This document shows, in pieces, positions 27,120 to 37,528 of a stretch of DNA of 64,000 nt. The notes under the pieces were generated by a model. That model did no database searches. It had not been told where the DNA came from and saw only the letters and a program-made list of their open reading frames with translations. The translations under genes were made by a program, and so were the position numbers. This DNA comes from Candidatus Parcubacteria bacterium (GTDB lineage Bacteria > Patescibacteriota > Minisyncoccia > Phycocordibacterales > UBA918), in NCBI GenBank assembly GCA_021731405.1, contig JAKFXN010000005.1, positions 169,892 through 233,891 on the forward strand, given 5' to 3'. Numbering within the stretch: the first letter of the stretch is position 1; each line of letters begins with the position of its first letter.

Positions 27120-28913
27120 ATGCCCGCTTTTCTTTCTGACCCAATGATGATTGAGCAAATCACGGTTTTAATCATCCTTGGTGTCTCTTTAATTCTCTTT
27201 GTCCAAGACCGGTGGCGCTATGACGTAGTCTCACTTCTTATCCTCCTGTCGCTCATCCTTATTGGATCACTGTCATACCAGACCGCCTTTTCAAACTTCG
27301 GCCATCCAGCCATTGTCATCGTCGCGTCCATGTTTGTCATGGCGCGTGCCCTTACCCAATCAGGTATTGTCGACAGTATTGTTGGTAGACTAACTTTTCT
27401 CCATACAAGACCAATCTACGCGCTCGCTGTCTTGGTTATTTTGTGTACCTTTATTTCCGCCTTCGTAAATAACGTTGGTGCACTAGTGATGGTGATGCCG
27501 ATTGCCATTTACCTCGCCAAAAAAAGCCACACTCCAATTTCACTTTTTTTACTACCGCTTGCGTTTGCGTCACACCTCGGTGGCTATCTCACCCTTATTG
27601 GTACACCACGCAATATCCTCATTTCAGATTTTCGGGAACAAGCACTTGGTGTCCCCTATCAAATGTTTGATTTTTTCCATGTCGGTGTATTTATCGCTAT
27701 CAGTGGAGTTCTCTTTCTGATTTTTATTGGCTGGAGAATTATTCCGATACGAAACAAAGAAACTGAAAGTGATGCTCCAATTCGCATCTACACTACCGAA
27801 GTAATAGTGGCCGAAAAAGCAAAGATAACAAAACTCACTATTGAAAAGATGGAGGCAGCAGTAAATAAAACTATCACGGTAGTAGGTTTATTAACTGAGG
27901 TAGGCACTATCATTCCACTTGAACCTTCTTATAAACCACAAGCGTTCGACACTCTACTACTGCGAGGTGACGCTGAGGCACTCACTCAGTTTGTTGAGAA
28001 GTATGACCTAGAGCTTACAGGTCTGCGCGCTATTGAGAGCCACATCGCAAGCGATGACGAATATCGCACCGTTGAAGCAGTGGTTACACCATACGCTACT
28101 ATTCTGGCCAAAAGTTGGAACAACATCATGCTCCAGGATCGATTTGGCGTAAACTTCATTGCGCTAGCGAGGCGTAACTTCACACCTTCAAAACCACTTT
28201 CTGATACACCACTGGCATCTGGAGACATTCTGATGCTTCAAGGACGAGTCGCTTCAATCAAGCAGACTCTCTCGAGTATGAACTGCATGATGGTCACCGA
28301 TGAAGCGCCTACCTTAGGGCGTACACGAACCATGATAGGCACACTGGTGGTCTTTTTTGGTGCCATCATTCTTGCGACATTAGAAATATTTCCCGTCTCG
28401 CTCGTACTGCTTGCTGGTGCTGTCATCATGATTTTGACAAACATGATCTCGATCAAGCAGGCGTATCAAAGTATCGACGTCGCCGTACTTATGCTTCTGG
28501 CGGGTATGATATCGCTTGGAGACGCAATTCAATCAAGTGGTGCTGACGAGACGCTGGCGAATCTCCTTCTTTCTTTAAATGGCCATGTCGGACCTGTTAC
28601 CATGCTTATCGTAGTTCTCGTCGCGACCGCGGTCTTGTCTGACTTTATGAACACCACTGCAGCGCTCGTCGTCATGGCTCCAATCGCTATTACGGTTGCT
28701 CAAACGATTGGTGTGTCGGTCGACCCATTCTTGATGATTGTTGCTATCGGAGCTTCGTCTTCATACATCACTCCAATCGGACATGAATCAAATGCGCTGG
28801 TGATGCATCAAGGGGGCTACAAATTTACCGACTATATCCGGGTAGGACTACCGCTTGAGGTAATCGAATTTACCGTCAGTATTCCACTGGTACTCTACTT
28901 CTGGCCACTCTAG
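27120..28913 (+). CDS. SLC13/DASS-family permease with two central TrkA-C domains
   Basis: Two transporter halves separated by about 150 aa of TrkA_C-like sequence (…VAEKAKITKLTIEKM… and …QDRFGVNFIALARRNF…GDILMLQGR…). Confidence 0.75.
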   Translation: MPAFLSDPMMIEQITVLIILGVSLILFVQDRWRYDVVSLLILLSLILIGSLSYQTAFSNFGHPAIVIVASMFVMARALTQSGIVDSIVGRLTFLHTRPIYALAVLVILCTFISAFVNNVGALVMVMPIAIYLAKKSHTPISLFLLPLAFASHLGGYLTLIGTPRNILISDFREQALGVPYQMFDFFHVGVFIAISGVLFLIFIGWRIIPIRNKETESDAPIRIYTTEVIVAEKAKITKLTIEKMEAAVNKTITVVGLLTEVGTIIPLEPSYKPQAFDTLLLRGDAEALTQFVEKYDLELTGLRAIESHIASDDEYRTVEAVVTPYATILAKSWNNIMLQDRFGVNFIALARRNFTPSKPLSDTPLASGDILMLQGRVASIKQTLSSMNCMMVTDEAPTLGRTRTMIGTLVVFFGAIILATLEIFPVSLVLLAGAVIMILTNMISIKQAYQSIDVAVLMLLAGMISLGDAIQSSGADETLANLLLSLNGHVGPVTMLIVVLVATAVLSDFMNTTAALVVMAPIAITVAQTIGVSVDPFLMIVAIGASSSYITPIGHESNALVMHQGGYKFTDYIRVGLPLEVIEFTVSIPLVLYFWPL

Positions 28914-29195
28914 AAACGCTCTTAGTTTAAAGTTTGAATATAAAAAAACACCGCCACAAATGAGGTAATGGCTACCGCCATACAGATACCGGTAGTAATC
29001 AAAAACTTTTTCATGGTCTAACTGCTACGTACTCGATTGGAGTTTGCAGTACGGTGATAAGCATCACTGCCAGTACCAGCAAAAAAAGTGCAGCTGAAAA
29101 AAGCGCCAATCTGGGTCTCGAAAGCTCAAGCTCACCAGTGTGCCAGTCGCGCACATACAGAAATGAAAAAACAAAACGCCAGAATGTCATATAAG

Positions 29196-29522
29196 TTAAC
29201 CTAATTTCTTATATAGTGTACCAGTAAAAACGAGGATACTCATCCCAATAAGCAAAATAAGCATTGGTGACTCTTCAAGAATTTTATACTGTAGCAAAAT
29301 TTGTTCTAATCCTAAAACAGTAGCTGAAACTCCGAAGGTGACCAACAATGAAAAAAGTACTGGGAAACGACGAAAGATAGTCTTCCGCACCGGCGTCACA
29401 TACCCATCCACTGTTTTGGTAAATTCAGTCGTACTGGTCTCTACCACCTCAAAAGCTGAGCTGGTTTCTTTTGTAAAGAGACTTTGAAACTTTCGAGCAA
29501 TACTAGTGAGTACGGGCATCAT
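29196..29522 (-). CDS. Small membrane protein (hypothetical)
   Basis: 108 aa, two TM helices. Confidence 0.35.
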   Translation of the reverse strand: MMPVLTSIARKFQSLFTKETSSAFEVVETSTTEFTKTVDGYVTPVRKTIFRRFPVLFSLLVTFGVSATVLGLEQILLQYKILEESPMLILLIGMSILVFTGTLYKKLG

Positions 29523-29534
29523 AGGTATTTTATT

Positions 29535-30554
29535 TTAAGAGCCTGAACTGATCGAAGCAGGAAAAAGTGTCTTTCCTTTCTCCCACATTTCAGGATGATT
29601 ATTTTTTGTGAGCCAGTACCACCACTCCGCTCCCCACAAATATTGTCGCTCATAGCGTGTTTCTTTTGCATATCCCAAGATATCGTCAAACTTTACTGGA
29701 TCCATGCGTGAAAACTGCACTTCAAGCGGTACGGTTGTAATGGGCGCCACGAGCCACGGCTCAGCCGAAAGCTCAATCAAAAACGTCGGCTTTTCGCCAT
29801 AGATAAGGGCCAAGAAATTTTCTTTCACCCGATACACAAAAGCAGGTAGCAATGTTCTAAACTGTCCAATTTCTGGATTCCAAAAATGCACGTACACACT
29901 CGTACCAAAAATGTCGCCGCGACTATACGCGCCGTACCACAGACCCAAGTTTCCACTATCGGTTACAATAACCTGCCGTGTTGGGTCTAGCTTGCGTACG
30001 AGCTCAATTTCACTATCTAGAAAGTCAGTATCGAGGCGACCACAGTGCTCAAACGCAAATACCTCTAAGAAGGGTTCGTTTTCAACCTGCCAATACTTTA
30101 CTGCACTACTTCCCTTGTATCGTTCTATCACCGCAGTCATGTACGCCATCTGGCTTTCATTGCGCGCTTCGTCACTGATTTCACGAGCCCATTCTGGCAC
30201 ATGACACTCCGGCCAACGGGGTAGTCTTCTTCCCAGCGCCAAAATGACCTCAGCCCCCACACTCTCGGCTTTTTCTATTTGATAATCGAGCTCGGCGAAA
30301 TTGTAGGTGCCTGCTTCAGGTTCTACCATTGGCCAATGAGCGGCCAAACGAAGATGCCTTACTCCTAAGTCATCAATGATAGCGTTGTAGGTCTCCTGCC
30401 AATCAAGCCCAAGCTCACGCGCATACATGGTATTAAAAGACATTCCATACACAATCTGCTCCGGAATTGGCTTTTGCGCAAAAAACACTATTACAAGCAC
30501 AAGTAAAACGAGTTTTACAAAGAGTGCTATAAGAATTATTTTCCACCAAGCCAT
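29535..30554 (-). CDS. Membrane-anchored glycoside hydrolase (TIM-barrel; GH5/GH42-like)
   Basis: N-terminal TM anchor. WQVENEP acid/base motif typical of clan GH-A. Confidence 0.55.
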   Translation of the reverse strand: MAWWKIILIALFVKLVLLVLVIVFFAQKPIPEQIVYGMSFNTMYARELGLDWQETYNAIIDDLGVRHLRLAAHWPMVEPEAGTYNFAELDYQIEKAESVGAEVILALGRRLPRWPECHVPEWAREISDEARNESQMAYMTAVIERYKGSSAVKYWQVENEPFLEVFAFEHCGRLDTDFLDSEIELVRKLDPTRQVIVTDSGNLGLWYGAYSRGDIFGTSVYVHFWNPEIGQFRTLLPAFVYRVKENFLALIYGEKPTFLIELSAEPWLVAPITTVPLEVQFSRMDPVKFDDILGYAKETRYERQYLWGAEWWYWLTKNNHPEMWEKGKTLFPASISSGS

Positions 30555-30556
30555 AT

Positions 30557-31489
30557 TTATAAGAAAAGAATAAAGTAACCAACTGTAATGACCGCTACAT
30601 AGAGCACTCGTCTCAATACTTCTTTTGGTCGTGCCTCATGTCGCACAATCGCATCAGGTAAGAGCGCGCCAAAAGCAATTGTCACTGCCAAGATAAACAC
30701 AAACTTAAGCCCATCAAGAGCTTGCACTACTGCTACATCTCCTAAGTCTGTTGCTTTGAGTAGCAAGAAGGCCGCTACGCCCGCCAATACTTTGGTAACA
30801 ATAACAATGAGACCGGTTTTTTTACTGGTCTTTTTGGTTTGTTCGGTAATTTTATCAAAGTACGCAGGAATCATAAGAAGCGACAGGGCAAAGACCACAA
30901 AGCTGATGCGTGACCAAAAGAAGCCGTCATCAAAGCTTGTCTCCATAAACAACCCTTTCATAGCGATGAAGTGCAGCGCAAAAAAGATACCACTATGTAG
31001 CAGGTTCAAAATAATACTTCGATGCGGCATAGTCTGAGCCACTAGGAGCGTACCGAGTGAAAGCACAATCACGCCCCACATAAAATTGGCAGAAAATGGC
31101 GTATTCAAGAATAGGTGACTCATCCCAAACGTAGAGAGCGCTGAGACTGCCCCAATAACAGGCATCACGTTTACCGCCTCTGCATGCTTGAGTGCCTCAT
31201 ACATGGACACCAGCGCCATAAAGAAGGTATAGGCAGCCAAGAACGACATTCCAATCACTTGAATGGTTGGGCTTTCAATATTGGCAAAAGAAGGAACGCC
31301 TATAGTAGAGAGGCCTGGTATAAAACCAATGAAATAGATGACAACCCAAAAACCAGTAAGTAAGCAAGAGTAAAAGGCGTACACAAAAGGCCTTGGGAGA
31401 GCCTTTTCGTCAGTAACTATGTACTTATCAAGAAAAGCGACGACAGCATTAATGAGCTGTCCAACAGTTGCTAAAAATAGCCATGACAT
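30557..31489 (-). CDS. Multi-pass membrane protein (DMT/EamA-like)
   Basis: About 10 TM helices. Gene lies between two glycosidases. Confidence 0.45.
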   Translation of the reverse strand: MSWLFLATVGQLINAVVAFLDKYIVTDEKALPRPFVYAFYSCLLTGFWVVIYFIGFIPGLSTIGVPSFANIESPTIQVIGMSFLAAYTFFMALVSMYEALKHAEAVNVMPVIGAVSALSTFGMSHLFLNTPFSANFMWGVIVLSLGTLLVAQTMPHRSIILNLLHSGIFFALHFIAMKGLFMETSFDDGFFWSRISFVVFALSLLMIPAYFDKITEQTKKTSKKTGLIVIVTKVLAGVAAFLLLKATDLGDVAVVQALDGLKFVFILAVTIAFGALLPDAIVRHEARPKEVLRRVLYVAVITVGYFILFL

Positions 31490-31495
31490 ATAGCT

Positions 31496-32722
31496 CTATT
31501 CTAACAGAGCGTTTGCCTCACATATTTTTTTATACACGTACGCTGAGGGTCGTATTGTTCGCTCTTGAGTTTCGTAATTGATAGCGACCAAACCAAACCG
31601 CTTCTCATATCCTAGTGCTAATTCGTAGTTATCCAAAAGAGACCAATACATATGTCCTCGCACATCAACACCGTCTTGAATAGCGCACCACATTCCATCC
31701 ACTTGTCTGGTAATATATCCTGCTCGCATCTTATCTTCAGCATCAGCTAATCCAGCCTCTGAAATGTAGATTGGTTTTTTGTGTTTCCAAAGATACTTCA
31801 AAGCAAACTCTATTCCTTCGGGATATATCTTCCAACCCATGTCACTGAGTTGGTACTTTTTTGTGTCGCCAAATTTTGTAGCTCGATAGTAGTTTAGACC
31901 AACAGAATCACATTTATCGATAACTCTATTCATCAAATATCCACTCTGGACATACCGGGCTATGCAGGCCAGTAGCATATTGACGGGATTCGCGTTTGAC
32001 TGAAATACCCTCACGTGTTTAACAATACTGACATTGATGTTTTGGTCTGTTTCTTTTATTTTATCGTACGCTAAATTGTGTGCTTTTATCAAATTATTAA
32101 CCACTTTAAAATACGTAAGTATATTTTTATGAGAGGTAATTTGCGCTGATCGCCAAGTACCGTCAGGTTTGCCAAATTTAAACCACAGCAACTGACCCCG
32201 CTTAAAAGGTGGCCACGCACCATATAACCAACCATGGCTAGCAAATACGTTTGGTTCATTAATGGTTGAGAAGTTGTGACACAAATCTGACAGATTCTTC
32301 ACAACGTACGCGCTATAACGAGCAAACACCTCAGGGGCATCTTTACGTTCAAAGCCCCCCGACTGTGAGAACCAGAGCGGGAGTGTAAAATGCCAAATAG
32401 TAATAAACGGCTCTATGTTGCGCCTGCGAAGCGCCTCTAGTACTTTTCGATAATGATTGATAGCTTCCAAATCGAACTTACCTTCCTCGGGCTCAATGCG
32501 CGCCCACTCAATCGAGAGGCGGTGAGCGTTATGACCAAGTAATTTTACTAAATCAAAATCGGCTTCATACCGATTAAAATGATCGGCCGCAATGCCAATC
32601 TTAGGCACAAGTCCTTTTTTAGCTGCTTCTTCCCAATCCATATTCTTTATTCCTCCCTCTACCTGAAAAGCAGATGTCGCCGCACCCCAGTAAAAACCAT
32701 CCGGAAATTTTTTCTCTGTCAT
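31496..32722 (-). CDS. Glycoside hydrolase family 1 (beta-glucosidase)
   Basis: FPDGFYWGAATSAFQVEGG N-terminus. TINEPN acid/base motif and an ISEAG nucleophile region. Confidence 0.85.
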   Translation of the reverse strand: MTEKKFPDGFYWGAATSAFQVEGGIKNMDWEEAAKKGLVPKIGIAADHFNRYEADFDLVKLLGHNAHRLSIEWARIEPEEGKFDLEAINHYRKVLEALRRRNIEPFITIWHFTLPLWFSQSGGFERKDAPEVFARYSAYVVKNLSDLCHNFSTINEPNVFASHGWLYGAWPPFKRGQLLWFKFGKPDGTWRSAQITSHKNILTYFKVVNNLIKAHNLAYDKIKETDQNINVSIVKHVRVFQSNANPVNMLLACIARYVQSGYLMNRVIDKCDSVGLNYYRATKFGDTKKYQLSDMGWKIYPEGIEFALKYLWKHKKPIYISEAGLADAEDKMRAGYITRQVDGMWCAIQDGVDVRGHMYWSLLDNYELALGYEKRFGLVAINYETQERTIRPSAYVYKKICEANALLE

Positions 32723-32745
32723 ATGTGCCCATTAGTATAGCAAAG

Positions 32746-32772
32746 AAAAAGCCGCACCGAGGTGCAGCTTTT
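32746..32772. terminator. Imperfect terminator hairpin
   Basis: aaaaagccgcacc-ga-ggtgcagctttt with one mismatch. Confidence 0.4.
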
Positions 32773-32788
32773 GAAGTGATTTAAGGGT

Positions 32789-33349
32789 TTAAATGAGGGG
32801 ATACTGAGCAAAATTGCCAGACTCACCCAAAGACCCAAAACCGGATTTAAGAACTTTCAACTGTTTATGGTCACTTCCCAGACCAAAGTAGGCTGTACGG
32901 TCTGGGAGACGCAGTTTGCGTACCGGACCAACTAGCGGAGTCCTTGAAATGTAGTAACCATTTTTTGTCAGCCATCCAAGGTACCAAACTTCACCAGGGG
33001 GCACCTCGCAAGTAGGCTTGATTACCACAAAGTTTCTCCGCCAAAACCGTTTCCTCCAATACGTGAAGGCCATGCAACGCCGTTTCTTGCGACACGCTTT
33101 TGGGTCGCCAGAGACTATTGCCATATCCGCCTCGTCGAGCCACCAATTTTCTTTGAGATCAAAGGAGACGATAGTCCACGGAAACGACTGGAACGCAGCT
33201 TCTTCACGATTTTCATGCACAAAGTGCATGATTTTTTTCATGAACCAACTGCGCAACATATCCCAGCGACTCAGCTCTGGAAACAGTACAGTCTTGGCTT
33301 TCTGCACTGGTTGCTGTTTGCCTAAATCTGCTTTTTTAACGGTATTCAA
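32789..33349 (-). CDS. Hypothetical protein
   Basis: 186 aa, Trp/Arg-rich, no recognised domain. Confidence 0.35.
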   Translation of the reverse strand: MNTVKKADLGKQQPVQKAKTVLFPELSRWDMLRSWFMKKIMHFVHENREEAAFQSFPWTIVSFDLKENWWLDEADMAIVSGDPKACRKKRRCMAFTYWRKRFWRRNFVVIKPTCEVPPGEVWYLGWLTKNGYYISRTPLVGPVRKLRLPDRTAYFGLGSDHKQLKVLKSGFGSLGESGNFAQYPLI

Positions 33350-33483
33350 AGTGTACTCCTCGTACGAAATGAGTTGATTTATCTGTTTTTATTATAGCAC
33401 ACTTTAGGCTATAAATCAATGTTTTGTTTCTTTTCAGCCTCTCCTCTACTTCAATACTAAAAATGTCTGACTAGTCGCAGATT

Positions 33484-34263
33484 TTATAGGGCAACCGGTT
33501 CACCGCCAAAACAGCTAATCATTCCCGCCCGCTCTGTAGATACGTAGTATCGATACGAACCAGCTACTGTCGCTCCCCCGCAACTATCAGTCTTTACACT
33601 CTCGTTTGCGCCATAAATTGGGAACCCATCAAGTGCATATCCTAAGAGAGTCTCCGCTCCAAAGATAGTGTAAAGTGACTGCTCGGTATTACGCATCAAA
33701 GATCCATCAAGTGCTATCCCAACAATGTCAGAAGACAAACATGTCTCAGTTGGTGATGGAAAACTGCGGAGTGGTAGCTGCAGCAAGACTGTTCGACTAG
33801 GTACGCCAGGGACTGTCTCCCCGAGCTCATTAACTGTTGCTGGAGTTGCGCCACCTTCACGGTAAACCAATCGCGCCCCTTCCACTACCTCAAACAACAG
33901 ACCTTGTGGCTGCCACGCCATTACTTTTGGTGCACTATAATTTGGACAAAGCAAGACTTCACCTGTTCCCTCTTCTACCTCTGTCTCTTCCTCCACAGGC
34001 TCCACTATTTCTTCTTCAGGGACAGGAGACAGTACGAGTGCAGCGATTTTTTCTCTGAGGCTCGCCAACTTGGATGAACGAGTATCAGCACCATGTTCTG
34101 GGAGTACTGCCTGATATGAAGTGGACGCGGTCTCATCAAAGACTGCTACCGAGGCCAGGTTATCTTCACTTACCAAATCGGTATGTACGGTACTAGTGAT
34201 ACCGACAATCAAAAAAGCTACCGTAAGGAGAAACAACGCAAAATCTCGAGTTCGAAAAGGCAT
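33484..34263 (-). CDS. Membrane-anchored exported hypothetical protein
   Basis: N-terminal TM, an acidic EEE linker and a C-terminal Cys-containing domain. Confidence 0.4.
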   Translation of the reverse strand: MPFRTRDFALFLLTVAFLIVGITSTVHTDLVSEDNLASVAVFDETASTSYQAVLPEHGADTRSSKLASLREKIAALVLSPVPEEEIVEPVEEETEVEEGTGEVLLCPNYSAPKVMAWQPQGLLFEVVEGARLVYREGGATPATVNELGETVPGVPSRTVLLQLPLRSFPSPTETCLSSDIVGIALDGSLMRNTEQSLYTIFGAETLLGYALDGFPIYGANESVKTDSCGGATVAGSYRYYVSTERAGMISCFGGEPVAL

Positions 34264-34314
34264 GTAAGTAATAATAGCAGAAAGGTCAGGTGTTCTCTAA
34301 ACAAACCCCCAAAC

Positions 34315-35616
34315 CTACGCGCGGGATGCAATCTTAATCTCGACAAGCTGTTCGACACGACGAATATCAGCTAATAATTTTGACCGGTCTGGATTCTTCA
34401 TAAAGAGGTTAAACACAGAGCGCCCACCATTTCGTGCAAAGATTGCTTTGTCTCCTAGTTTTTTATTGACTTCTATGCGATGAAAAGATTCTAGCTGCTC
34501 AATTTTTTTAATTCCTTTCATCTCCACAATAAAACCCTCTTTGACTGCGAACCATTTCATTGCACACGCGTAACCGGTACATTTTTTTGGAAGCTGTACT
34601 TTTGCTGGGATACGAATCAGCACATCATTCAACGAATGATCAATACCACAGGTTAAAGTGTGAAGTTCGTGACGAAATCCACCCATCCGCGCACCAATCT
34701 CAATTACTTTCCATTCGTCGTCAATCTTCATCAATTCAGTATGTGTAATAGTGCTCCGCAGCCCAAGTGCATGGATAGCTTTCTCAGCCACCAGCTGCGC
34801 CTTCTCTACTGTTGTTCGCTTCAGAATTGGTGGAGTGATTTGCAGATATCCATAAAAATCATCGTGGCCAATCATCTTTCCAGTTTTTATTTTTACCAGA
34901 GGACAATGCTCCACCTTCCCCCGAGCAGTCACGTATGAGTCCACTGAGTACATGTCACCATCCATGAACTCTTCTATGATGACCTTTGGTTCTTCTAGGC
35001 GATCATCATGTTCATAGGCTGTACGGAGCTTGCTAAAAGTAGAACGAAGTGTTTTTTCTAAATCTTCTTCGTGATAACAAATTGATACAAAAAGACTAGC
35101 CGCTAAGTTGGTTGGCTTTATAATCATCGGAAAACCAATTTTCTCGACCACCCGCTTTCGCTCCGCTTTTGTGTTTTCTTTTACCAGAGTAAAGACAGGA
35201 ATAATTGTCGAATCATACATTTTCATGCGCTTCCTCATTTCATACTTATCACTCGCCCACTTGAGCGACTCCGTGGTTGGGGTGCGTAAATACGGCACAT
35301 GAGGAATAACCTGCACAAAGCGAGCCATATTTTGCTCAGAACGACAGGTAATAGCGAGGAGTTCTTCTTGGTATGGTAATAACGCCTCAGCAATCTGATT
35401 TGGCTTTGAAAAATCGCAGACAAGCGGAATATCAACCCCTGATCCGCGGAGCTTATTTTTCTTATCTTTAACCCGAGAATCCCACAAAAGCATAATCTTA
35501 TACTTCTTTTTGGTGAGTTTTTCGTAACGACGAACACTTTCGACAGCTCCGTCGGGAAGATTCATGACATAGACAATAATACGTCTCTCAAGCTCTGTTT
35601 TTTGCATAGATAGCAC
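34315..35616 (-). CDS. ATP-grasp domain ligase (L-amino-acid-ligase/carboxylate-amine-ligase-like)
   Basis: 433 aa. GFPMIIKP… IIEEFMDGDMYSVD… KVIEIGARMGG ATP-grasp fold motifs. Confidence 0.65.
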   Translation of the reverse strand: MLSMQKTELERRIIVYVMNLPDGAVESVRRYEKLTKKKYKIMLLWDSRVKDKKNKLRGSGVDIPLVCDFSKPNQIAEALLPYQEELLAITCRSEQNMARFVQVIPHVPYLRTPTTESLKWASDKYEMRKRMKMYDSTIIPVFTLVKENTKAERKRVVEKIGFPMIIKPTNLAASLFVSICYHEEDLEKTLRSTFSKLRTAYEHDDRLEEPKVIIEEFMDGDMYSVDSYVTARGKVEHCPLVKIKTGKMIGHDDFYGYLQITPPILKRTTVEKAQLVAEKAIHALGLRSTITHTELMKIDDEWKVIEIGARMGGFRHELHTLTCGIDHSLNDVLIRIPAKVQLPKKCTGYACAMKWFAVKEGFIVEMKGIKKIEQLESFHRIEVNKKLGDKAIFARNGGRSVFNLFMKNPDRSKLLADIRRVEQLVEIKIASRA

Positions 35617-35766
35617 TATCTTGTAAATAAACGGCTCTGTAATTCAGATTGAGCCTGAGTTCGGTCCATCAGATAGAGCTACAGCATACTATACTTTTTG
35701 TTATTTTTGTGTAACATAACACTATTAGCAAAAATCAATACTTGACTTTTTTGAGACTCTTTTCGC

Positions 35767-36666
35767 ATGATAAAAAATAAAATTTATTTAGTAAATAATA
35801 AAAAGAAAGAGCCTGAGTTCAAAAAAACCTTCAAAAAAATAGCCGCTGAGGCCAAGCGAGATTTTACTGAAATTTCGGTGCTTGATTGTGCCTTTTCATA
35901 CTCACGTACTGACGGAAAAACAAAAGTCTATCACCTTGGCAAACCGCTTAGTCTCAACTCAACTACTTGGTTCATCCGGGCTTGGTCACCTTCAGAAGAT
36001 GCAACTGCATTATTGTGCATTCTCCTAGAATTGCACAAAATACCTTTCACTGATGCAAAGGTCAACACCAGTCACGAGATTCGAACTTCAAAACTTTCTC
36101 AAACGTTTCAATTAGCTGCCTCGAACTGCCCTTGTCCAAACACTTGGGTTGTGCCGCTTGCCTCTTTTTCTTCATACAAAACTATTGTCGCGAAAGAGCT
36201 TGGTTTTCCGCTAGTCGTAAAAACACGCGGCGGACTTGGCAAACGTGTTTGGAAGTGTGACGGAGCAAGCGAACTGTCAAAAACTATCAGCCGGATTAAA
36301 GCTGAGGGTAACGATGATTTGGTTATACTCCAAGAAAATATCGCTAACGACGGCGATATTCGAGTTGTTGTTTGGAAAGGTAAAGTACTTGCTAGTATTT
36401 TGCGACAAAGTACCACTGGCTTCCTTAACAATGTATCGCAAGGTGGTACAGCCAGTCTTACAAGTATCACCGCAGTAGAGAAGCGGTTAGCGATAGCGGC
36501 TAGTAAAGCAGTTGGGTTGGACTTAGCTGGGGTTGATTTAGTGCGAACAGGAAGTGAGACATTGATCTTTGAAGTGAATAAAGCGCCCGACATCACTTCA
36601 TTTCATGATGCAGCAAGAAGTGACATCGCAAAAATTATTTGTGAAGACTTTATTTCCAAAAATTAA
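35767..36666 (+). CDS. RimK-like ATP-grasp ligase
   Basis: PLVVKTRGGLGKRVW…GDIRVVVWKG…NVSQGGTAS…AGVDLV…IFEVNKAPD. Confidence 0.7.
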   Translation: MIKNKIYLVNNKKKEPEFKKTFKKIAAEAKRDFTEISVLDCAFSYSRTDGKTKVYHLGKPLSLNSTTWFIRAWSPSEDATALLCILLELHKIPFTDAKVNTSHEIRTSKLSQTFQLAASNCPCPNTWVVPLASFSSYKTIVAKELGFPLVVKTRGGLGKRVWKCDGASELSKTISRIKAEGNDDLVILQENIANDGDIRVVVWKGKVLASILRQSTTGFLNNVSQGGTASLTSITAVEKRLAIAASKAVGLDLAGVDLVRTGSETLIFEVNKAPDITSFHDAARSDIAKIICEDFISKN

Positions 36667-37523
36667 TACCCTTCTCCAGCAGCAACTATCAAATCAGCGA
36701 CATGATCTGTCACCCTTACTCCAAGAGCCGCTTCAAGACCTTTCCATCCTGGATTAACATTTGCTTCAATAAAAAAGAGTTCTCCCGTTGCTGTTGATTG
36801 CATGATATCTATCCCTGCAATATCTAACTGTTGAGCTTTTGTTATAGCTACTGCTATTTTGGAAAGTGCGTCATACAATTCGCCCGCAGGTACTGGGCGG
36901 CCACTTCCACCCTGAGAAATATTGGCTCTAAAATCACCTGGTTTTGGTACCCGCTGAAAAATAGCACGTACCTGACCCCCAACTACGAATACTCTAAAAT
37001 CGCCTTCGTTTGGGATAAATTTCTGCATCAAAATATCTCCATCAAGATCGCTGACCTGTTCTAGGTATTCTGTTTCTGAAGTTACCAAAAAAACTTTTTT
37101 TCCTTGTATTCCTTCTGCCGCCTTTAAAACAAAAGGTGAACCTAGTCTTGCAACAACGGTCGCATATGAACGTCCTCTACCTATCAAGGTCTCTGGGACC
37201 AGCACACCAATCTTTTGCGCCCGTACCGCTTGATGTATTTTATTACTGAGTAAGGTATTTTGAAGAGCAGATGCATTAATTATAGCTACCCCCACTTCGC
37301 GTAATTTTTCATATAGTCCCAAACGAGCTCCGTCGCCAAAACCTGTTCGGTAGTAGACTACATCTGCTTGTGTGTACGGTGCCCAAAAATCTTCACTTAG
37401 AAAATCCTGAACGGCTATACTTGGACTAATTAATGTGACCTCGTGTCCACGACCTTGGAGCTCTTCAGTAAGCTGGCTCAACTCCCAGATTGGTTTACCC
37501 TTGCACACCAATACAATTTTCAT
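36663..37523 (-). CDS. RimK-like ATP-grasp ligase
   Basis: PFVLKAAEGIQGKKVF…GDFRVFVVGG…ANISQGGSG…AGIDIM…FFIEANVNPG. Confidence 0.7.
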   Translation of the reverse strand: MKIVLVCKGKPIWELSQLTEELQGRGHEVTLISPSIAVQDFLSEDFWAPYTQADVVYYRTGFGDGARLGLYEKLREVGVAIINASALQNTLLSNKIHQAVRAQKIGVLVPETLIGRGRSYATVVARLGSPFVLKAAEGIQGKKVFLVTSETEYLEQVSDLDGDILMQKFIPNEGDFRVFVVGGQVRAIFQRVPKPGDFRANISQGGSGRPVPAGELYDALSKIAVAITKAQQLDIAGIDIMQSTATGELFFIEANVNPGWKGLEAALGVRVTDHVADLIVAAGEGY

Positions 37524-37528
37524 AACGC

